From Methanobacteriota archaeon (GTDB lineage: Archaea; Thermoplasmatota; Poseidoniia; Poseidoniales; Thalassarchaeaceae): a stretch of 19,367 bases of DNA. Shown here in pieces: positions 14,330 to 19,367 of the stretch; within the stretch, counting starts at the first letter, position 1; each line of letters opens with the position of its first letter. Where the stretch lies: NCBI GenBank assembly GCA_002713585.1, contig PATD01000042.1, positions 1 through 19,367 of the forward strand, given 5' to 3'. Under the pieces are notes generated by a model, which saw nothing but the letters and a program-made list of their open reading frames with translations, had not been told where the DNA came from and searched no databases. The translations under genes and the position numbers were made by a program.

Positions 14330-14521
14330 TCACTCAATCTTTCGGACGTTGATTGCGTTTGGTCCCTTAGGGCCCTCGCCGACATCGAATTCTACTGAGT
14401 CACCGTCTCTGATGGTTCCCTCGACTTGACTCTTGTGGACGAATAGATCGTCCCCTTCTTCTTGTTCGATGAAACCGAACCCCTTTGTCTGATTGAACCA
14501 CTTTACTGTTCCTTGTGCCAT
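14330..14521 (-). CDS. Cold-shock domain protein (CspA family)
   Basis: [33 protein letters not shown] contains the RNP1 (KGFGFI) and RNP2 (VFVH-like) motifs. I prefer the ATG at 14521, which is preceded by AAGGAA, over the ORF-track start at 14542. Confidence 0.9.
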   Translation of the reverse strand: MAQGTVKWFNQTKGFGFIEQEEGDDLFVHKSQVEGTIRDGDSVEFDVGEGPKGPNAINVRKIE

Positions 14522-14634
14522 AGTTCCTTGGCGCATCGACATAATACTTGAACAGGACTGGAGGAATTACACGTTTACCCCCGAAAGTAATCAATTCTCA
14601 AAGATGCGGAGTTTTTACTTCCAAGCCGAGAATT

Positions 14635-14874
14635 CTAATTTTCTTCAGGGTCTTCTGCTTTGATTCGTATGCCACCGTCCTTGTAGTGGACATAGATGTG
14701 GTGTGGTATTTTCTCAGTAAGAGCAGCTAGCGCCTCATACACTTCATCTTCATCAACTTTGAATGCCTTGGCAGCCTTCTTAGTTGACCATGGATTGTTG
14801 ACGAAGTCGTTGTCCTCCAAGCAAATCCACTTGAACATCCGCTTCTCGAACTTGGTCAAGTCCGCCATCGCCAT
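14635..14874 (-). CDS. Small hypothetical protein (79 aa), immediately downstream of gpsA
   Basis: Clean ORF 38 bp downstream of the gpsA stop on the same strand. I recognise no motif. The antisense ORF 14696..14887 is shorter and low-complexity. Confidence 0.5.
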   Translation of the reverse strand: MAMADLTKFEKRMFKWICLEDNDFVNNPWSTKKAAKAFKVDEDEVYEALAALTEKIPHHIYVHYKDGGIRIKAEDPEEN

Positions 14875-14912
14875 GTATGCGGGATGACGGTATCATGCAT
14901 GAACATCGCGGC

Positions 14913-15914
14913 TTAATTTCCGGTTTCGATCATACGGTCGATTGCTTCGTCAACTTCGATTCCTCCATCGAGAAGATCACACAATGCATGGAGGAATGGA
15001 GTTGAAATTCCGAGTACTGCGGCTCTTGAGAGGAACATTCGGGCTGCTCGGACCCCTTCCGCAACCATATGCATCTTCCCAAGGGCTTCTTCAAGGCTGA
15101 GTCCTGAACCAATCATCTCACCTAGGGTGCGATTGCGGCTACTTGGGCTTGTGGAGGTGACATAGAGGTCGCCGATACCTGCTGCCGAACTCGAGGTCTC
15201 AGGTTTCGCACCTAGTGCCGGAAGAAGGCGCTGCCCTTCTTGAAAACCAGCGGTTACTAGTGCCGCTTTGAGGTTGTCACCTGATGAATTTCCTAGTCCG
15301 TCTACTATTCCACAAGCAAGTGCTATCGGATTTTTGAACGCGCCCCAAAGTTCGGCACCGAGTGGGTCATCTGCGGGATGTAACTTGAGAGTCTTTGTTG
15401 TAAGGCGGTCCGCCATTCTACGGGCCATTGTTCTATCATGAGCGGCGATTAGAGCGATGGTACTTACTCCGCGGGCTACCTCTGGAGCAATTGTCGGTCC
15501 AGTCATCACAAAGATGGGGTTGGCACACTTCGCTGCTGCGAGTTTTTTCTCCATCACTGCACTGATGAAAGGCTCCTCCTCTGTTTCCGGAGCTAGCCCC
15601 TTCGCTAGATCGAGTATGGCGTGAGAGGGTCTTAGATGCGGGATTACATCGTCGAGGACACTCAGAACCACTCCTGATGGGAGCGAGAGTACGAGGATTT
15701 CTGATGCATCACAAATTGTGGCTAAATCCATCGTGGCCTCTACATTTTCAAGGACTTCCCCAGGAAGGTATTTTTCGTTAATCCCAGTCGATGTAATCGA
15801 GGCATATACCTCCTCTTCTATGGTCCAACCCATTACTGAATGTCCAGTGCCACCCCACACCTTAGCGAGTGCAGTGCCCCAGTTCCCCAGACCAACGATG
15901 CCTATGCGCGCCAT
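14913..15914 (-). CDS. gpsA: NAD(P)H-dependent sn-glycerol-3-phosphate dehydrogenase
   Basis: N-terminal Rossmann motif IGIVGLGNWGTALA. Also LAKGL, GPTIAPEVA, NPIALACGIVDGLG, GIGDLYVTSTSPSSRNRTLG and VAEGV, all typical GpsA blocks. Confidence 0.9.
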   Translation of the reverse strand: MARIGIVGLGNWGTALAKVWGGTGHSVMGWTIEEEVYASITSTGINEKYLPGEVLENVEATMDLATICDASEILVLSLPSGVVLSVLDDVIPHLRPSHAILDLAKGLAPETEEEPFISAVMEKKLAAAKCANPIFVMTGPTIAPEVARGVSTIALIAAHDRTMARRMADRLTTKTLKLHPADDPLGAELWGAFKNPIALACGIVDGLGNSSGDNLKAALVTAGFQEGQRLLPALGAKPETSSSAAGIGDLYVTSTSPSSRNRTLGEMIGSGLSLEEALGKMHMVAEGVRAARMFLSRAAVLGISTPFLHALCDLLDGGIEVDEAIDRMIETGN

Positions 15915-16015
15915 CGAGCAGGTCCGGTTTCAGGGGGTCTTGACCGTTGGGGATGGAGCCGGGGTCAAAGGACCAATTCCGGCAGGACTGTAAGGGCACG
16001 GTGAGGAACCGTATC

Positions 16016-17206
16016 ATGGGGCGGCCTCAACGAAGTGAACTTGCCCATCATTGGGATATTGACCCAGAGGTTGTCTTTCTCAATCACGGTTCTTTTGGTG
16101 CAGCCCCCCGGGCAGTCATTGAAGAACAGCGACGTTGGCAGAATTTGATGGAATCTGAACCAGTCCGCTTCTTTGAAGAGATTCTACCATCGGCTCTGAT
16201 TGATACGCGCCATGCGCTTGCTCAGATGTTATCTTGTGATGCAGATGATCTTGCATTAGTCGAGAATGCAACAAGTGGAGTCAACACAGTACTCCGATCA
16301 CTTTCCTTCGCTCCAGGTGATGAGATTCTTGTACCTGATCATGCTTACCAAGCGTGCCGTAACGCCATCGACTTTGTTGCATCCAGAGGGGGTGCATCTG
16401 TTGTTACCGTCCGAATTCCTTTCCCTATAGAGGGCCCTGGGGTCGTGATAGATCGGATGTTAGCCGCTGTAACCGATCGAACAGTCCTTGCGATGATTGA
16501 CACAGTCACAAGTCCAACGGGACTTCGGATGCCGTTTGAAGATCTGACCTCAGCTTTGGAGGGTCGTGGTGTGCAGGTCCTTTTGGACGCGGCTCATGGA
16601 ATTGGCATGCTCCCACTTTCTCTTGGAGAACTCGGTGCTTCGTATGTTACAAGTAATGCACACAAGTGGCTTTGTGCTCCAAAGGGTGCCGCCTTCCTGT
16701 ATGTACGAAAAGATCGACAACAGGCCATCCATCCTCTTACGATTAGTCACGGTATGACATTCCCACTCGGGGATACAACCCGCTTTCGGCATGAGTTTGA
16801 TTGGACTGGTACACGTGACCCCACAGCCTGGTGTGTCCTTCCATTCGTTATCGATCATATCGCCGACTTTGTCGATGGCGGTTGGCCTGAGATAATGAAA
16901 CGGAACCGTTCACTCACGCTCGAGGCAAGGTCTCTGTTATGTGAACGTCTAGGGGTGACAGTTCCCTGCCCTGATGAGATGGTCGCAACCATTGCGACAA
17001 TGATACTTCCAGCGGGAGGTTCAGGGGGGATTCCGTTGCATGAACCAGATCCATTGCATGCAAGTTTACTGGAGCGTGGTATTCAGATTCCAGTTTGGTC
17101 ATGGCCTTCTCCTGCTGGCAGATATTTCAGAATCTCCGCGCATCTTCACAACCATATCGATGAGTATTCTTACCTTGCTGATGTGCTACAGGACGAGTTG
17201 TCTTGA
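16016..17206 (+). CDS. Class-V aminotransferase-fold PLP enzyme (isopenicillin-N-epimerase / cysteine desulfurase-like)
   Basis: LNHGSFGAAP opening, and SNAHKWLCAPKGAAFLYV with the PLP lysine in HK. The ATG at 16016 is preceded by GGTGAGGAA. The ORF-track start at 15947 is a TTG lying close to the divergent gpsA start. Confidence 0.8.
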   Translation: MGRPQRSELAHHWDIDPEVVFLNHGSFGAAPRAVIEEQRRWQNLMESEPVRFFEEILPSALIDTRHALAQMLSCDADDLALVENATSGVNTVLRSLSFAPGDEILVPDHAYQACRNAIDFVASRGGASVVTVRIPFPIEGPGVVIDRMLAAVTDRTVLAMIDTVTSPTGLRMPFEDLTSALEGRGVQVLLDAAHGIGMLPLSLGELGASYVTSNAHKWLCAPKGAAFLYVRKDRQQAIHPLTISHGMTFPLGDTTRFRHEFDWTGTRDPTAWCVLPFVIDHIADFVDGGWPEIMKRNRSLTLEARSLLCERLGVTVPCPDEMVATIATMILPAGGSGGIPLHEPDPLHASLLERGIQIPVWSWPSPAGRYFRISAHLHNHIDEYSYLADVLQDELS

Positions 17207-17259
17207 GGAAATTTTTGATGCGTTGCATTGAAGCATATGAGCCCCGCCTCACGGGTTAA

Positions 17260-17344
17260 GCAGGGGTACCCGAGTGGTCAAAGGGGTTGGGTTTAGGTCC
17301 CAATGCGTAGTGCTTCGCAGGTTCGAATCCTGTCCCCTGCACCA
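17260..17344 (+). tRNA. tRNA-Leu, anticodon UAG, class II (long variable arm), CCA encoded
   Basis: Acceptor GCAGGGG/CCCCTGC, discriminator A plus CCA. Anticodon stem TTGGG/CCCAA with loop TTTAGGT (anticodon TAG, G37). T-arm GGTTCGAATCC. D-region CCCGAGTGGTCAAAGGG resembles archaeal/eukaryal Leu tRNAs. Confidence 0.9.
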
Positions 17345-17493
17345 CCATGACTACCCAATTTCGTCTAACGAATAGGCGTGTAGTAAAATTGCGCATATGC
17401 GGTGAATTATTCCCTCTGCATCGATAAGTAAAATCAATGAGGACTCTTTGAGAATCCGAATGATTATGCCTATCCTGATTTTGTTCGAAGGTA

Positions 17494-19161
17494 ATGGAAA
17501 TAAAATTGTCCGCAGTCCCGCTTGTCTTACTGATGTTGATTCTGCTATCAGCCGGGTTTGTAATTGATGGAACTGAGGGGCCACAAGGACCTCCTGGAGC
17601 AGATGGTGCCAACGGAATAGATGGTGTAGACGGTGTAGATGGCACCCCCGGAGCCGACGGGACGAATGGAATGGATGGGCAGGATGGAGCCGACGGGACG
17701 AATGGAACGGAGGGACAGGATGGTGCTGATGGTGCCGATGGTGCGGATGGTGCAGATGGTGCGGATGGTGCGGATGGTGCGGATGGTGCTGATGGTGCCG
17801 ATGGTGCCGATGGTGCCGATGGAAGCGCGTCCCCCAACACCATGCTCACAAGTGTCTCAACACCAACCCTCGAAGATTGCTCTGCTGGTGGCAGAATTAT
17901 CGAGCAGGGACTCGACAATGGCGATGGTGGAGGAACTGCCCAGAACGGTATTCTAGAGGCTGGAGAAGTGGACTATACTACGACTTACTGCAGCCACTTC
18001 GTTGTCAAGCAGGTAGCCGACATCAACAGCGGTAGCAACGACGCAGATCCGAATGGCTTCATAGTCATGGGAACACGACTGTACTTTGAGGCGAACGGAG
18101 GCAGCGGCGACGACCTGTGGGCGTACGATACTACAAACGGCTCGGCTTGGCAGGTTGCGGACATCAACCCAACCCCATTAGCATTCTCGGCTGTGAACGA
18201 CATGGTAGTCGTGGGAACACGACTGTACTTCGAGGCGACCGACGGCGTGACCGGCTTCGAAGTGTGGGCGCACGAGACTACAAACGACTCGACTTGGAGG
18301 GTTACAGACATCAACAGCGGGGGCAGCTCGTCCCCGGATTCTATGGTAGTCATGGGAACACGACTGTACTTTGAGGCTTACGACGGAAACGTATACGACC
18401 AACTGTGGGCGCACGAGACTACAAACGACTCGACTTGGCAAGTTACAGACATAAACACCGATGGCTGTAGCGATGCGAATCATATCGTAGTCATGGGAAC
18501 ACGACTGTATTTTGAGGCGTACGGCGACACCACCGGCGGCGAACTGTGGGCGCACGAGACTACCAACGACTCGACTTGGCAGGTAGCCGACATCAACAGC
18601 GGTAGCAGCAGTGGGGGGGCTAATGATATCATAGTCATGGGAACACGACTGTACTTTGAGGCGGACGACGATATCAGCGGCGGCGAACTGTGGGCGCACG
18701 AGACAACAAACGGCTCGACTTGGTTGGTTGCCGACATTTACAGTGGTGTCGACGGCAGTGAGGCGAGAGATTTCGTGGCCATGGGCACACGACTGTACTT
18801 TGAGGCGAACGACGACATCCACGGCTTCGAACTGTGGGCGCACGAGACTACAAACGACTCGACTTGGCAGGTAGCCGACATCCGGAGCGGCGGCGGAAGT
18901 GGGTATGCGGGCGATATCGTAGTCATGGGAACACGACTGTACTTCGAGGCGTATGACGGCATCACCGGCTCCGAACTGTGGGTACACGAAACGACCAATG
19001 GATCTACTTGGCAGGTAGCCGACATCAAAAGCGGTAGCAGCAGTGGTATGGCGAGCGGTATGGTAGTCATGGGAACACGACTGTACTTTGAGGCGGACGA
19101 CGGCAGCTTTGGCGACGAACTGTGGATGATGGAAATCGAGCATACGATTACTTACAGTTGA
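17494..19161 (+). CDS. Secreted/anchored collagen-like protein with an eight-repeat ELWxxDGT-type (propeller-like) C-terminal domain
   Basis: N-terminal hydrophobic signal/anchor. Gly occurs at every third residue from aa 26 to 110. A Cys-bracketed linker follows (EDCSAGGRIIEQGLDNGDGGGTAQNGILEAGEVDYTTTYCS). Then come eight ~48-aa repeats of the form GTRLYFEA-x6-8-ELWAHETTNxSTWQVADInSG. A GAAGGTA sequence lies upstream. Confidence 0.85.
   Translation: MEIKLSAVPLVLLMLILLSAGFVIDGTEGPQGPPGADGANGIDGVDGVDGTPGADGTNGMDGQDGADGTNGTEGQDGADGADGADGADGADGADGADGADGADGADGADGSASPNTMLTSVSTPTLEDCSAGGRIIEQGLDNGDGGGTAQNGILEAGEVDYTTTYCSHFVVKQVADINSGSNDADPNGFIVMGTRLYFEANGGSGDDLWAYDTTNGSAWQVADINPTPLAFSAVNDMVVVGTRLYFEATDGVTGFEVWAHETTNDSTWRVTDINSGGSSSPDSMVVMGTRLYFEAYDGNVYDQLWAHETTNDSTWQVTDINTDGCSDANHIVVMGTRLYFEAYGDTTGGELWAHETTNDSTWQVADINSGSSSGGANDIIVMGTRLYFEADDDISGGELWAHETTNGSTWLVADIYSGVDGSEARDFVAMGTRLYFEANDDIHGFELWAHETTNDSTWQVADIRSGGGSGYAGDIVVMGTRLYFEAYDGITGSELWVHETTNGSTWQVADIKSGSSSGMASGMVVMGTRLYFEADDGSFGDELWMMEIEHTITYS
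17569..17829 (+). repeat. Collagen-like G-X-Y tract (about 28 triplets)
   Basis: GTEGPQGPPGADGANGIDGVDGVDGTPGADGTNGMDGQDGADGTNGTEGQDG(ADG)n has uninterrupted Gly periodicity. Confidence 0.9.
17722..17820 (+). repeat. 11 tandem 9-bp units ggtgcNgat (Gly-Ala-Asp)
   Basis: The 11 units are ggtgctgat ggtgccgat ggtgcggat ggtgcagat ggtgcggat ggtgcggat ggtgcggat ggtgctgat ggtgccgat ggtgccgat ggtgccgat. They differ only at the Ala wobble position. Confidence 0.95.
18001..19158 (+). repeat. Eight tandem ~141-144-bp coding repeats with long identical nucleotide cores
   Basis: The string atgggaacacgactgtacttYgaggcg recurs with GTR codons at aa 193, 241, 288, 335, 383, 431, 479 and 527. ctgtgggcgcacgagacNacaaacgactcgacttgg also recurs. 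Confidence 0.9.
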
Positions 19162-19262
19162 ACTCAGTAATCCTTGTTGATTCGAGGGTGAAATCGAAGG
19201 TGCAGGCCATGTGGCTGGAGAACCTCCAATTTGGTTATCACTAATGATGGATTTCGAGTATC

Positions 19263-19367
19263 ATGGACAAACCCATATTCAGCCCAGATGGGAAGTGGCT
19301 TTGGGATGGATCAACATGGGTCCCCGTCCCTGATGAAACACCTTCAGTTGTTATTCCAGAAGGGATG
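19263..19367 (+). CDS. 5' end of an ORF running off the window (MDKPIFSPDGKWLWDGSTWVPVPDE...)
   Basis: The ATG at 19263 opens 35 codons that run exactly to the window end. The SPDGxWxWDGxxWxP pattern resembles short Trp-rich N-terminal modules seen in many prokaryotic proteins. There is no clear ribosome-binding site. Confidence 0.3.
   Translation, partial: MDKPIFSPDGKWLWDGSTWVPVPDETPSVVIPEGM

Noticed and set aside
15718-16015. ORF 15718..15993(+) and the TTG start at 15947 for the PLP enzyme
   Set aside because: The first is antisense to the 5' end of gpsA. The TTG start would place the coding sequence almost against the divergent gpsA start and has no ribosome-binding site. The ATG at 16016 has GGTGAGGAA upstream.
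17260-17493. tRNA-Leu as an integration site marking a mobile element that carries the collagen-like gene
   Set aside because: No integrase, no duplicated copy of the tRNA 3' end and no other mobile-element genes are visible in the window. It cannot be supported from this sequence.
17256-17918. 220-aa minus-strand ORF with a (PSA)n repeat
   Set aside because: It overlaps the tRNA-Leu gene at its 3' end and is simply the antisense reading of the G-A-D collagen-like repeat. The plus-strand gene has a signal peptide, a ribosome-binding site and a coherent domain structure.
17985-19143. Minus-strand ORFs of 321, 122, 110 and 85 aa across the repeat region
   Set aside because: They are repetitive antisense products of the stop-free complementary strand of the ELW repeats. 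They have no independent start context or recognisable motifs and lie fully nested in a well-supported plus-strand gene.

Overview
This 19.4-kb window looks like a marine planktonic prokaryote with an acidic proteome and Ser/Asp-linker surface proteins. My best guess is a Marine Group II-like euryarchaeote, based on the archaeal/eukaryal-style D-arm of the tRNA-Leu and the gene content, but the window cannot prove it. Layout: (i) The 3' end of a Ser/Asp-repeat surface protein, convergent with a GT-C (PMT/ArnT-like) glycosyltransferase. (ii) A 12-kb same-strand array (2080-14277) that I read as an iron-acquisition island. It holds an unknown lipoprotein and a two-lobed transferrin-family lipoprotein with an Asp/Tyr/Tyr/His ligand set in each lobe. 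It also holds a 786-aa sequon-rich surface protein and a FecB/FecCD/FepC-class (heme/siderophore/B12 type) ABC importer. A flavodoxin, a HugZ/HutZ-like split-barrel+DUF2470 protein, and a PhnC/PhnE-type ABC pair with no adjacent PhnD complete it. Two TTTAGG-N4-CCTAAA palindromes lie in the divergent promoter region in front of the array. (iii) Minus-strand cold-shock protein, a small unknown ORF and GpsA, then a class-V PLP enzyme on the plus strand. (iv) tRNA-Leu(UAG). (v) A secreted collagen-like (G-X-Y) plus eight-repeat ELW-type propeller protein. (vi) The start of one more ORF. The most interesting items are the prokaryotic bilobal transferrin homologue and its possible pairing with the orphan PhnCE transporter. 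All family calls come from motif recognition by eye; no searches were run.
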